Positions 44,268-54,563 of a stretch of 64,000 nt of DNA are shown piece after piece; the first letter of the stretch is position 1, and each line of letters starts with the position of its first letter. The stretch is from an uncultured delta proteobacterium (GTDB lineage: Bacteria > Desulfobacterota > Syntrophobacteria > BM002), in the NCBI GenBank assembly GCA_963712115.1, contig CAVQGX010000033.1, positions 120,001 through 184,000 of the forward strand, in the 5' to 3' direction. The notes under the pieces are model-generated. The model had not been told where the DNA came from and did no database searches. It saw nothing but the letters and a program-made list of their open reading frames with translations. A program made the translations under genes and the position numbers.

Positions 44268-46217
44268 ATGACGTATTCTTCAGGCGCACAAACGATACTT
44301 ACCCACGAGAAGTTCGCCGAACGCATCTTCGAGGTGGAGCTTGAACGCGCCATCGGTAGAGCGAATAAAGCCTTACTTGCCCTTCAGTACTCCGACGGCC
44401 ACTACCGTTTCGATCTTGAAGCCGACTGTACCATCCCTGCCGAATACATACTCATGATGCACTACATGGACGAGATCGATGATCAACTCGCGGCCAAGAT
44501 CGCTGTTTATCTTCGTGAGCATCAGTGTGAAGACGGAGGCTGGAACCTATACTGTGGCGGCGATTTCGACCTCAGTTGCAGCATAAAAGTCTACTACGCC
44601 CTGAAGCTAGCAGGTGATAGTCCGGATGCTCCCCATATGGTGAAAGCGCGCCAGGCTATCCTGGCTCATGGTGGCGCAGCCCGCGCCAATGTGTTCACCC
44701 GCATCGCTTTAGCTCTCTTCGGCCAAATACCCTGGCGCGGAGTCCCCTTTATACCTGTAGAGATTGTACTTCTGCCCCGCTGGTTTCCTTTTCATTTCAG
44801 TAAAGTCTCCTACTGGTCCCGGACCGTCATGGTTCCCCTTTTCATCCTCTGTACCTTAAAACCACGGGCAAGAAATCCTAGACAAATCCATATTCGGGAA
44901 CTGTTTGTCACACCTCCAGAGAAAGAGAAGGAATACTTCCCCATTCGCTCGCCCCTCAACCGACTTTTTCTGGGTCTTGACAAGATGGGACGACTTCTTG
45001 AGCATTTCGTCCCCCCCAGTGTGCGGAGCCGTGCCATCAAGAAAGCTGAGGCGTGGTTTATAGAACGACTCAATGGCACAGATGGTCTCGGGGGCATTTT
45101 CCCGGCCATGGTTAATGCCCTAGAAGCCCTGGATTTGCTGGGCTATACAGCAGATCACCCATACAGGATGGAAGCTAAACAGGCTTTGGAAAAGCTCCTG
45201 GTAATTGGTGAGGATTCTGCCTACTGTCAGCCCTGTTTGTCCCCCATGTGGGACACCTGCCTAGCCAGTCTAGCCCTGTTGGAAGCGACTGGCGGTGAAC
45301 CTAGCGGTGACATTCTCCGTGCTTTGGATTGGCTCAAGGAGAGGCAATTATCTGACGAACCGGGAGACTGGCGAGATAGACGTCCTAATCTTAAGGGAGG
45401 CGGCTGGGCCTTCGAGTATGCAAATCCCCATTACCCTGACCTCGACGATACCGCGGTAATAGGGTGGGTCATGCACCTAACCGGCATGGAGCGCTACCGT
45501 GAGGCAATCCTTAGGGCGGCGAATTGGGTGGAGGGCATGCAGTCAAAAAATGGCGGCTTCGCCAGCTTTGATGCAGACAACACCAACTACTATCTCAACG
45601 AAATTCCCTTTGCCGATCACGGTGCCTTACTCGACCCGCCCACCAGCGATCTCACCGCTCGCTGTATCGCCTTTTTGGCCAAGGTTGACAGAATAGGCTA
45701 CCGGAAAGCAATTGCTGCCGGGATAGATTTTCTTCGCCGAGAACAGGAGGCCGACGGCTCCTGGTTCGGTCGCTGGGGAACCAATTACATCTACGGCACC
45801 TGGTCGGTACTTGTAGCCCTGGAAGTGGCTGGTGAAGACCCTGATCAACCTTACATTCGACGGGCGGTGGAATGGTTGAAATCCATTCAACGTCCTGACG
45901 GCGGCTGGGGTGAGACTTGTGGCTCTTACTGCGATCCCAATTTGGGTGGTCGTGGTTGCGACAGTACCTCTTTTCAAACGGCCTGGGCCATCCTCGGGTT
46001 AATGGCTGCTGGTGAGGCCGATACTCTCGAGGTACGCCGCGGTGTTGAATTCCTGCTTCGCTTCCAAATGGAGGATGGGGTGTGGCAAGACCAAGTACAC
46101 ACCGCACCTGGCTTCCCGCGCGTTTTCTACCTGAAGTACCACGGCTACGATAAGTATTTCCCTCTATGGGCCCTGGCTCGCTACCGTAACCTTCTATTTC
46201 GCCAGAAGTCAACTTGA
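44268..46217 (+). CDS. shc: Squalene-hopene cyclase
   Basis: LEADCTIPAEY, GGWAFEYAN.HYPDLDDTA (DxDD), QW repeats, GSWFGRWGTNYIYGTW, GFPRVFYLKYHGY. Confidence 0.97.
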   Translation: MTYSSGAQTILTHEKFAERIFEVELERAIGRANKALLALQYSDGHYRFDLEADCTIPAEYILMMHYMDEIDDQLAAKIAVYLREHQCEDGGWNLYCGGDFDLSCSIKVYYALKLAGDSPDAPHMVKARQAILAHGGAARANVFTRIALALFGQIPWRGVPFIPVEIVLLPRWFPFHFSKVSYWSRTVMVPLFILCTLKPRARNPRQIHIRELFVTPPEKEKEYFPIRSPLNRLFLGLDKMGRLLEHFVPPSVRSRAIKKAEAWFIERLNGTDGLGGIFPAMVNALEALDLLGYTADHPYRMEAKQALEKLLVIGEDSAYCQPCLSPMWDTCLASLALLEATGGEPSGDILRALDWLKERQLSDEPGDWRDRRPNLKGGGWAFEYANPHYPDLDDTAVIGWVMHLTGMERYREAILRAANWVEGMQSKNGGFASFDADNTNYYLNEIPFADHGALLDPPTSDLTARCIAFLAKVDRIGYRKAIAAGIDFLRREQEADGSWFGRWGTNYIYGTWSVLVALEVAGEDPDQPYIRRAVEWLKSIQRPDGGWGETCGSYCDPNLGGRGCDSTSFQTAWAILGLMAAGEADTLEVRRGVEFLLRFQMEDGVWQDQVHTAPGFPRVFYLKYHGYDKYFPLWALARYRNLLFRQKST

Positions 46218-46924
46218 GAATGCTGGGAATTGTAGCGGCCCTTAAAACCGAGGCCCGGAGCCTGGGCAGCTTGCCATTAACAGCCTCCGGTCTGGTCCAA
46301 CTTTCTCCCTCCACCCTTCTCTACATTGCTGGCATGGGCGCCAAGCAGGCTCAAGTTGGCGCTGAGGTGCTGATAAGAGAAAACGCTTCAGCCTTGCTCA
46401 GCTGGGGCAGTGCCGGAGCGCTTCACTCAAAGCTCTCACCAGGCAACCTGATTCTCCCCAAAATGGTCATTTATCCCCCGAAAGGTATTTTCTCTACTGA
46501 TGATGGTTGGCATAACCGCCTCCTTACCCGACTGACCAACCAGCTTGAAGTCTTTACAGAACCCTTGGCCCAAAGCCTGACCACACTGAAGAGCCGAGCG
46601 GAAAAACTCGACTTTGTCAAGCAAAACCAAGCCCTCGCAGTGGATATGGAAAGCGGTTCGGTGGCTAAGGCGGCAGTCAAGGCCAACCTGCCATTCATGG
46701 CCATCCGAGCCATTGCTGACCCCTTAGAGCAGAATATACCAGCGTCCGCTTTCAGGGCAATTAATGAAAGGGGCCGCCTCCGGCCTTTTCATCTCCTGGC
46801 AAGCTTGGCGCGGAGGCCTGCAGATTTCCTAATTCTGAAAGAACTCAGGCGCAACTTCATTGCCGCTAGAACCACCTTGACCACCGTGGCGCAGTTGGTG
46901 GGAGATGATTTTCTAGCCTTCTAG
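46214..46924 (+). CDS. hpnG: Hopanoid-associated nucleosidase/phosphorylase
   Basis: PNP/UDP-phosphorylase motifs SWGSAGAL, AVDMESG, AIRAIADP; overlaps the shc stop. Confidence 0.85.
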   Translation: MRMLGIVAALKTEARSLGSLPLTASGLVQLSPSTLLYIAGMGAKQAQVGAEVLIRENASALLSWGSAGALHSKLSPGNLILPKMVIYPPKGIFSTDDGWHNRLLTRLTNQLEVFTEPLAQSLTTLKSRAEKLDFVKQNQALAVDMESGSVAKAAVKANLPFMAIRAIADPLEQNIPASAFRAINERGRLRPFHLLASLARRPADFLILKELRRNFIAARTTLTTVAQLVGDDFLAF

Positions 46925-46983
46925 TATTCCCTTAAATCTTTTGCGATGTTTAGGTTCCTTGTCCATGCCAGTGGTAGCTCACG

Positions 46984-47091
46984 AGTTATTGGAGTAATGG
47001 AGTGTTGAGCATTGCGGATTGGGAATCATCAGATTTACGTAAATTCAAATGTGCAATTCTACCATTATCTCACAGAACTCCAAATCCAAAA
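46984..47091. repeat. Nested octamer/heptamer element
   Basis: ttggagtaatggagtgttg [attgcggattgggaat ... aattcaaatgtgcaatt] ...actcca. Confidence 0.6.
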
Positions 47092-47180
47092 TCTCTCCCG
47101 CTCTTGACCTGAAGGGTGTGGCCATGTCAGACTTGTTGCTTTAAATTTACAGGGCCGGAAGAGAGAAGAGCAGCAATAAC

Positions 47181-49838
47181 ATGGCCAATAGTTTTGTAGA
47201 ACATATAGGTCGAGTCCTAGCCGGTTGGGTGCATCTGACCCATCGTTATGCTTTGGGCTTGGTGTTGCTAGCGTCCGTGGCCACAGGAGCCCTGCTCTAT
47301 TACACGGCCAACAATCTGGGGATCAACACCGACACTGCCGAGATGTTGTCTGAGACCCTTCCCTTCCGACGCAACTACAAAGCCTTCAAAACCGCATTTC
47401 CGCAATACGATGATTCCTTGCTCATTGTAATCGACGCTGACACACCAGAACTTGCCCAAGACGCAAGCGCGGCCCTAGCGGCCCAACTAGAGAGCAGGAG
47501 CGACCTCTTCCTGTTGGTCTATCTTCCCGGCGGGGACACTTTCTTCCAAAAGCACGGGCTCATGTATTTAAACCCCTCTGAACTTCAAGACCTGGCGGAC
47601 AATTTGGCCCAGATCCAGCCGTTTTTGGGGAGATTGACCAGGGATCAAACATTGCGTGGTTTTTTTTCCATGCTCACTGCCGGAATGGATGCGGTCATGG
47701 AGGGGGAAGAGCTCGGTTTAACTCCAGTTTTTGATCGCATTCAACTAGCGATTGAAGCCAGCATCGGCCAACAGCAATATAGCCTATCTTGGCAAGAGCT
47801 GATGCTTGGCACGGATTTAACTCCTGATGATCGGCTCCGTTTCATTTTGACGAAACCGCAACTTGATTATAGCAAGCCCTTTCCTGCTGAAGCGGCTATG
47901 AAGGAGGTTCGGCGGTTGGCAAACAACCTCCACCTCACTGAAGAAAATGGAGTTAGAGTCCGACTTACCGGAGACGCGGCCCTGGAGTATGAGGAGTTGC
48001 TCAGTGTTACCCGTGGCGCTGGGATTGCCGGTATCCTTGCCCTGATTATGGTTGGAATAGTTCTGTTCTTAGGCCTGAGATCTTCGAGGCTGGTTTTGGC
48101 CACCCTAATCACCCTGATTATGGGCCTCATCTGGACCGCTTCTTTTGCTGCCGCTGCTGTGGGGCATTTGAACTTGATCTCAGTAGCCTTTGCTGTGCTG
48201 TACATCGGGCTCAGCGTTGATTACGCCATCCACTTTTGCCTCCGCTACAAAGAATTGATCCAGCAGGGTGTTCCTCTTTCCACTGCCCTTGAACAAACTG
48301 CCCGTGACATTGGCAGTTCACTGGTCCTGTGCAGCATCACTACGGCAATCGGCTTTTATGCCTTTATTCCCACCGTTTTCGAGGGAGTTGCCGAACTGGG
48401 ACTTATTTCCGGTACGGGCATGTTCATTAGCCTAATAGCCAACCTCACCTTGCTTCCAGCCCTGCTCAGCTTAATGGTTCTTACCCCTGACACTTTACCA
48501 GCCAAACCTAAAAGAAAAGGGGTTACCGCCAAGCTCCTCGCCATGCCCAGCCAAAATACCCGACTTATCCGAATTATGGCCCTGGTACTTGGTCTTGGGT
48601 CCACCCTACTGCTCCCTTACATCACTTTCGACAGTAATCCGATGAATCTACGCGACCCTGATAGCGAATCAGTCGTTACTTTTAAGGAGTTGTTGTCCCA
48701 GAGCAAAAATTCGCCATGGACTCTCACTGTGCTGGCTTCCAACAGCGATGATGCGGCACGCTTTGCCCATAGTCTCAGTGAACTGGAACCTGTTGATATG
48801 AGCCTTACCTTGGAAAAATTTGTGCCCACTGACCAAGAGAAAAAACTTGCCATAATTGAGGAAATCGAGCTGATAGTTGGGCCAGAGCTTTCGGAGAATA
48901 GTAATCAGCCACCACCCACTGCGAAAGAACAGATTGCTTCTCTGCGGGATTTTTCCGCAATTTTGGAAAAATATCTAAAAAACACCCCTACCGCTCCCCT
49001 TTCCAAAGCAGCCAACCGGTTGCACGACACGCTTAACCGTTTTCTTGCCGGACTAAGCACCCAAGACCCCGCAATGCGAGATCAAACTCTGGGGAACCTC
49101 CAAACCAGTTTGCTTGGGTCTCTTCCTTCCCGATTAGACGCTCTCGCAACTTCCCTGGAAGCAGAAGAGATAACCAGAGACGACTTGCCCGAAGATTTAG
49201 TAGAACATTGGGTATCCAAAGATGACCACTATCGCGTTACCGTTTTCCCCCGGGAAAATCTCAACGACAATGCAGCCATGCGCCGTTTCATTGATGCAGT
49301 TCGCACGGTGGCCCCAGATGCCATAGGCTTTCCGGTAATCTATCTAGAAGCAGGTGATGCGGTGGTTAAAGCCTTTAAACAGGCATTCGTAATGGCTCTC
49401 ATCGCCGTTACTGTCCTGTTGCTTATTTTGCTTCGACCCAAATCGGATACGCTCCTGGTATTATTACCGCTGCTCCTGGCAGGTGGACTTACCGGTGCAG
49501 CCTCGGTGGTGGTGGGTATACCCTTTAATTTTGCCAATGTGATTGCCCTGCCCTTGCTCCTCGGTATCGGGGTTGACAGCGGAATCCACATGGTTCACCG
49601 GATGCGCGCTGTACCTCCCGCCAGTGGCCTGATGCTTGAGACTAGCACGGCCCGAGCTGTGCTCTACAGTTCGTTGACCACCATTTGCAGCTTTGGCAAC
49701 CTTGCCCTGTCTCCCCACCGAGGCATGGCAAGCATGGGCGCATTACTTACTATTGGGATCGGTTTTACCCTACTCTGTACTCTAGTGGTGTTGCCTGCTT
49801 TAATGGCTTCGGGCAATAGATCATTGCCCAGAGATTGA
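47181..49838 (+). CDS. hpnN: Hopanoid transporter, MMPL/RND family
   Basis: 885 aa with two membrane repeats; FAVLYIGLSVDYAIHF, ELGLISGTG, NFANVIALPLLLGIGVDSGIH; cluster context. Confidence 0.9.
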   Translation: MANSFVEHIGRVLAGWVHLTHRYALGLVLLASVATGALLYYTANNLGINTDTAEMLSETLPFRRNYKAFKTAFPQYDDSLLIVIDADTPELAQDASAALAAQLESRSDLFLLVYLPGGDTFFQKHGLMYLNPSELQDLADNLAQIQPFLGRLTRDQTLRGFFSMLTAGMDAVMEGEELGLTPVFDRIQLAIEASIGQQQYSLSWQELMLGTDLTPDDRLRFILTKPQLDYSKPFPAEAAMKEVRRLANNLHLTEENGVRVRLTGDAALEYEELLSVTRGAGIAGILALIMVGIVLFLGLRSSRLVLATLITLIMGLIWTASFAAAAVGHLNLISVAFAVLYIGLSVDYAIHFCLRYKELIQQGVPLSTALEQTARDIGSSLVLCSITTAIGFYAFIPTVFEGVAELGLISGTGMFISLIANLTLLPALLSLMVLTPDTLPAKPKRKGVTAKLLAMPSQNTRLIRIMALVLGLGSTLLLPYITFDSNPMNLRDPDSESVVTFKELLSQSKNSPWTLTVLASNSDDAARFAHSLSELEPVDMSLTLEKFVPTDQEKKLAIIEEIELIVGPELSENSNQPPPTAKEQIASLRDFSAILEKYLKNTPTAPLSKAANRLHDTLNRFLAGLSTQDPAMRDQTLGNLQTSLLGSLPSRLDALATSLEAEEITRDDLPEDLVEHWVSKDDHYRVTVFPRENLNDNAAMRRFIDAVRTVAPDAIGFPVIYLEAGDAVVKAFKQAFVMALIAVTVLLLILLRPKSDTLLVLLPLLLAGGLTGAASVVVGIPFNFANVIALPLLLGIGVDSGIHMVHRMRAVPPASGLMLETSTARAVLYSSLTTICSFGNLALSPHRGMASMGALLTIGIGFTLLCTLVVLPALMASGNRSLPRD

Positions 49839-49876
49839 ACGGCAAAGCATGTTAGACCCACGGCCTGAGATTAAAG

Positions 49877-50057
49877 CAGTCAGTAGCCAGAAGAAGTCTA
49901 GCATAGAGCATGGGGCATAGCGTAAGGAGCCAGGAGTCAGAATCCAGAATTCAGGAGAAAAGCAATTAAAATTGAGTTCCTCTCAACTGCTGGCCTCTGA
50001 CTGCTTTTGTGTAGTGCCTGGAGTTCAGTGACTAGTGCTTAGTGCCTAGTGCCTAGT
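49877..50057. repeat. Composite heptamer block
   Basis: gcatagagcatggggcatagcg; caggagtcagaatccagaattcagga; agtgcctggagttcagtgactagtgcttagtgcctagtgcctagt. Confidence 0.8.
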
Positions 50058-50128
50058 CTTTTAAGGCTGCCAGTGGTTATAATACCAAACTCTCGAATCA
50101 CCCATTTGGATTCGAACGGAAAAACACC

Positions 50129-51121
50129 ATGAAGACATTCATCACCGGGGCTTCAGGATTTGTGGGCTCGGCAGTGCTGCGCCGGCTCATAGAGGAAAGA
50201 CACAGAGTAGTCGCCCTGGTTCGACCTAGTAGTAACAGAAGCAACCTCGCCGGCTTGCCGGTTGAAATTGTAACCGGCGATTTAACTGATACTGACTCTT
50301 TTGCAGGCGCCCTGGTCGGATGTAACTGTCTTTTTCACGTAGCAGCCGACTATCGCCTTTGGGTACCCAAACCAAATGAGATGTATGAGACCAACGTTAC
50401 TGGCACCCGCAACCTCATGCTGGCCGCGGCAAAAGCAGGAGTGGAGCGTATTGTCTACACCAGTAGCGTGGCCACCCTGGGACTCAATTCCGATGGCGCC
50501 CCAGCGGACGAGAGCACTCCGGTGACCCTTGCTGACATGATCGGCCATTACAAACGTTCCAAGTTTCTGGCCGAAGCCGAGGTAAAAAGACTAGTGGAGG
50601 AACAAAACCTACCAGTGGTAATTGTCAATCCCTCCACGCCCGTGGGACCGCGCGACTTAAGGCCGACGCCCTCCGGACGGGTAATTATTGACGCTGCCTC
50701 CGGACGGATACCCGCTTATGTCGATACCGGCCTCAATCTGGTCAATGTGGATGATGTGGCAGTCGGGCACCTTTTGGCCTTAAACCACGGGACTATTGGC
50801 AGGCGTTACATTTTAGGAGCCCAAAACATGACCCTTAGAGAGTTTCTAACGGAGGTGGCCATTATGGCTGGCCAATCGCCACCAAAAATACGTCTGCCCC
50901 AGGGTCTGATTTTACCCATTGCTTACTTTGCCGAAGGGTGGGCACGACTCATTGGGAGCGGTGAGCCTCTTATTACGGTCGATGGGGTGAAGCTCTCCAA
51001 GAAAAAGATGTTTTTCTCCTCCGAAAGAGCAGAGCGCGAACTTGGATTCCGTCCTGGACCGGTGAAAGAAGCTCTCCGTGATGCGGTTAACTGGTTCCAG
51101 CAAAACGATTATCTCCGTTAA
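50129..51121 (+). CDS. hpnA: Hopanoid-associated NAD-dependent epimerase/dehydratase
   Basis: TGASGFVG, FHVAADYRLW, YKRSK, VNPSTPVGP, AYVDTGLN. Confidence 0.9.
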   Translation: MKTFITGASGFVGSAVLRRLIEERHRVVALVRPSSNRSNLAGLPVEIVTGDLTDTDSFAGALVGCNCLFHVAADYRLWVPKPNEMYETNVTGTRNLMLAAAKAGVERIVYTSSVATLGLNSDGAPADESTPVTLADMIGHYKRSKFLAEAEVKRLVEEQNLPVVIVNPSTPVGPRDLRPTPSGRVIIDAASGRIPAYVDTGLNLVNVDDVAVGHLLALNHGTIGRRYILGAQNMTLREFLTEVAIMAGQSPPKIRLPQGLILPIAYFAEGWARLIGSGEPLITVDGVKLSKKKMFFSSERAERELGFRPGPVKEALRDAVNWFQQNDYLR

Positions 51122-51132
51122 ACCAATCGATT

Positions 51133-51627
51133 GGGTTTAGGTGTTCCGCCGGAGGCGGATCAGGTGTCAGAATCCATTAGGCATAGAGCAGAGAGCACCA
51201 TTGCGGATTTCGAATTGCGGATTGAAGAAAGGCGCAAGGTTTAGGGCGCAAGGCTCAAGGAAAGTCGTTAAAGTCGTTGAAGTGGTTAAAATCGTTCAAA
51301 TCGTCAAGCTGAAATTGTTTGCTACGAGCTGTCTGCTGCGTGCTGCCCGCTGGAATGGGCGCTATGCTCTATGCGATCGTTCCTATTTATGATAGGTTCT
51401 CGGGTGCGGCTTTGCTCCACAAAGGATACAAAGAGCACAATCGAGGCATAGGGCATAGAGCATGGGGCATGGAGTAAAGGGCACAAGGCTCAGGGCGCAA
51501 GGCCCAAGGTTGAAGAATTTAGGAACTAAGAGTCAGTAGCTAGGAGATTGTAATAGTTGTTTTTGGTCTTTTCTCCTGAATTCTGGATTCTGACTCCTGT
51601 CTCCTGTCTCATTGCTCTTTGTGGTTC
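51133..51627. repeat. About 500 bp mosaic of at least eight different 7/9-mer array families
   Basis: caggtgt, gcataga, gcggatt, gcgcaag, aaagtcgtt, gctacga/gctgcgt, cacaaag and ctgactc modules in succession. Confidence 0.85.
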
Positions 51628-51682
51628 AATCTCCCTACACGAGCAACATCGGCCTCGAGCAATAGCTCATCATGGATAGGGT

Positions 51683-52606
51683 ATGGAAGTTATTCTCGCT
51701 AAACCCCGGGGATTTTGTGCTGGAGTAATTCGCGCCATCGAGACAGTGGAACGGGCTCTCCATTTGCACGGCTCACCGGTGTACGTGCTGCATGAGATTG
51801 TTCATAACCGCCACGTGGTAGGTGCTCTACGAGATCGCGGTGCTAGTTTTGTCGAAAACTTGGAGGAGGTTCCTTTGCGTGCTGTTACCATATTCAGCGC
51901 CCACGGCGTATCCAACGCGGTAGTGGATCAAGCGAGTCAAAGAAATCTCCGTGCTATCGATGCCACTTGTCCCCTGGTTACCAAGGTGCATCTCCAGGCC
52001 CGGCGCTACAGTCGTCAAGGGATGGAGATAATAATAGTCGGTCATCCTGGCCATCCGGAAGTGGAAGGTACCCGAGGTCGTACAGATGGGCCGGTGCATG
52101 TGCTATCTACTATTGAGGAGGTTGAGATATTAAAAGTCAAACAACCTGATCGTCTTGCTTACGTCACCCAAACGACTCTAAGTTTGGATGACACTCGTGA
52201 CGTTATAGATGGACTCAAACATCGTTTTCCCGCCATCCTTGGTCCGGACTTGCAAGATATCTGTTATGCCACCCAGAGTAGACAAAATGCTGTCAGAAGA
52301 CTTTCTCAAGAGATTGATCTGCTCTTAGTAGTGGGAGCACGTTACAGTTCGAACTCAAACCGTCTTCGCGAGGCAGGTGAACAGAACGGCCTATCCTCCC
52401 ATCTCATTGAGGATGAGGGAGAGATCGAGCCAAAATGGCTGAAGAACAAAGTAAAGATAGGAATCACCGCCGGCGCCTCAACCCCCGAAATACTGGTGCA
52501 AGGGGTCCTAGCCAGACTGCGCAGTTATGGCGAACTTCGCGTGCGGGAAATGGAAGGGAGACAGGAAACTATACGCTTTAGTCTGCCCAAATCAAAATAT
52601 CTCTGA
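51683..52606 (+). CDS. ispH: 4-hydroxy-3-methylbut-2-enyl diphosphate reductase
   Basis: PRGFCAGV, IVHN, SAHG, DATCPLV, QTTLS, ICYATQ, SSNS, TAGASTP. Confidence 0.97.
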   Translation: MEVILAKPRGFCAGVIRAIETVERALHLHGSPVYVLHEIVHNRHVVGALRDRGASFVENLEEVPLRAVTIFSAHGVSNAVVDQASQRNLRAIDATCPLVTKVHLQARRYSRQGMEIIIVGHPGHPEVEGTRGRTDGPVHVLSTIEEVEILKVKQPDRLAYVTQTTLSLDDTRDVIDGLKHRFPAILGPDLQDICYATQSRQNAVRRLSQEIDLLLVVGARYSSNSNRLREAGEQNGLSSHLIEDEGEIEPKWLKNKVKIGITAGASTPEILVQGVLARLRSYGELRVREMEGRQETIRFSLPKSKYL

Positions 52607-52635
52607 TTGGACGCTGTAAATTCACGGAGTTCAAG

Positions 52636-53742
52636 ATGTCCGTTCCTCTTATCCAACAATACCGTGTGACCTCTTACATTCTAAAGCAGAAGCTTCGAGG
52701 GAGGAAAAGGTATCCTCTCGTCTTGATGCTAGAGCCCTTGTTTCGCTGCAATCTCTCATGCGCTGGCTGCGGCAAGATAGAGCATCCGGAAGATATACTC
52801 GACAAACATCTAACAGTGGATGAGTGCCTTTCGGCGGTTGACGAGTGCGGTGCCCCCGTGGTTTCCATTGCGGGCGGAGAACCATTTCTGCTTAAAGAGT
52901 TGGACCAGATAGTCGCAGGAATAATTCGCCGCAAGAAGTTCGTCTATCTTTGTACTAATGGTTTGCTCCTCAAAAAACATCTTGAGGATTTCACCCCATC
53001 GCCATACTTAACCTTTTCGGTCCACCTTGATGGAAATCGTCAACGCCACGACGCCATAGTATGTCGGCAGGGCGTATTTGATCTGGCAGTGGATGCCATC
53101 AAAGAAGCTCACAAGAGGGGCTTCAGAGTAACAATAAATTCCACACTTTATGAGGGGGTTACGGCCCAGGAAGCCGCCGAATTTTTTGACTTTGCCATGG
53201 GTCTAGGCATAGAAGGTATTACCGTTGCCCCCGGTTTTAGTTACGAACGAGCATCCCAGCAGGAAGTGTTTTTGCACCGTACTGCCAGCAAACAGCTTTT
53301 CCGGGACATCTTCAAAATCGCCAAAGACCGGAAGTGGAAGTTCAATCACACCAATCTTTATCTTGATTTTCTTGCCGGCAACCAACTTTACCAGTGTACT
53401 CCTTGGGGTAATCCGACTCGCAATATCTTCGGCTGGCAAAGGCCATGTTATCTGCTGGAAGATGGCAGCTATGCCCCAAGCTTCATGGAACTAATAGAGG
53501 AAACCGAATGGCAAAAATACGGCGTCGGATGCAATCCTAAATGCGGTCAATGCATGCTGCACAGCGGATTTGAACCGAGCGCAGTGAACGATATGATCAA
53601 ACACCCATTGAAAGCACTTTGGCTCTCTCTGCGCGGGCCCCGCACCCATGGCCCCATGGCTGCCGATTTCCCCACTGTGAGCTGTAATCCCGCAACTACA
53701 GAAGGTCGGGAGAGAAAGGTTGAACCTCCAGCAGGAAGCTAA
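52636..53742 (+). CDS. hpnH: Adenosylhopane synthase (radical SAM)
   Basis: YPLVLMLEPLFRCNLSCAGCGKI, CTPWGNPTRNIFGWQRPCYL, CGQCMLHSGFE. Confidence 0.95.
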   Translation: MSVPLIQQYRVTSYILKQKLRGRKRYPLVLMLEPLFRCNLSCAGCGKIEHPEDILDKHLTVDECLSAVDECGAPVVSIAGGEPFLLKELDQIVAGIIRRKKFVYLCTNGLLLKKHLEDFTPSPYLTFSVHLDGNRQRHDAIVCRQGVFDLAVDAIKEAHKRGFRVTINSTLYEGVTAQEAAEFFDFAMGLGIEGITVAPGFSYERASQQEVFLHRTASKQLFRDIFKIAKDRKWKFNHTNLYLDFLAGNQLYQCTPWGNPTRNIFGWQRPCYLLEDGSYAPSFMELIEETEWQKYGVGCNPKCGQCMLHSGFEPSAVNDMIKHPLKALWLSLRGPRTHGPMAADFPTVSCNPATTEGRERKVEPPAGS

Positions 53743-53751
53743 AGGTTATTT

Positions 53752-53893
53752 GTTGGAGTAATGGAGTGTTGGAGTAATGGAGTACAATCTAAAATCCCTT
53801 CAAGCACCAATTCTTTCAAGGGTGCCAGGACTCAAGACTCCAGGTCTCCAGGGCCGGAAAAGAAACTCAAAACCTGAAACCAAGTGAAACTGA
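53752..53893. repeat. Octamer array plus degenerate heptamer arms
   Basis: ttggagtaatggagtgttggagtaatggagta, about 10 nt after the hpnH stop. Confidence 0.7.
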
Positions 53894-53986
53894 AGGTAAG
53901 TGGTGTAACATGTTGAACATACACTAAGGAAATTTCTTGACCCTGCATATAGAGCGACATGGGTCCGTAGTCTGGCGATAGCCCTT

Positions 53987-54559
53987 TTGGTCCTGACGTT
54001 GTCTCTGCCGGCGGCAGCAATAGGTACCGATCCTGCCGCAGCCAAGGTAGTAGATAAACTTCATGCAGAACTCCTGGGTGTTATGAAAGAGGCTAATGCG
54101 CTTGGCTACAAAGGTCGCTACCAAAGGCTGGCACCGGTTGTTAACTCCAGTTATGATTTCCCCTTTATATCTAAGGTAGTGGTCGGCAGGTACTGGAGTG
54201 AATTCAGTCCGGAGCAGAAAGAGCAATTCGTCAAAACCTTTGCCAAATTAAGCATAGCCACATATGCCAATCAATTTGCCGGCTATGCCGGCGAGCATTT
54301 CAAGACAATTTCGGCCGAGGAATCAACAAGGGACCGACTTCTGATAAAGACCGTCCTTATCAAATCTAATGGTGAAGAGGTCGAGCTAGACTACATGCTT
54401 CACCAGAAAGAGCGTCAGTGGCAGATAATCAATGTCATTGCTCAGGGCGTGAGCGATCTCTCCTTAAAAAGGGCACAATACACCTCATATCTCAAGAAAA
54501 GTGGCTTTGACGGACTGCTGCAAAAGATAAACGACAAGATTAAAAGCTACGAAAGCTAG
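53987..54559 (+). CDS. hpnM: HpnM / MlaC (Ttg2)-family periplasmic lipid-binding protein; start uncertain
   Basis: RYQRLAPVV..YDFP..VVGRYW, LDYML, WQIINV..GVSDL..RAQY. Confidence 0.8.
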   Translation: MVLTLSLPAAAIGTDPAAAKVVDKLHAELLGVMKEANALGYKGRYQRLAPVVNSSYDFPFISKVVVGRYWSEFSPEQKEQFVKTFAKLSIATYANQFAGYAGEHFKTISAEESTRDRLLIKTVLIKSNGEEVELDYMLHQKERQWQIINVIAQGVSDLSLKRAQYTSYLKKSGFDGLLQKINDKIKSYES

Positions 54560-54563
54560 TTCT

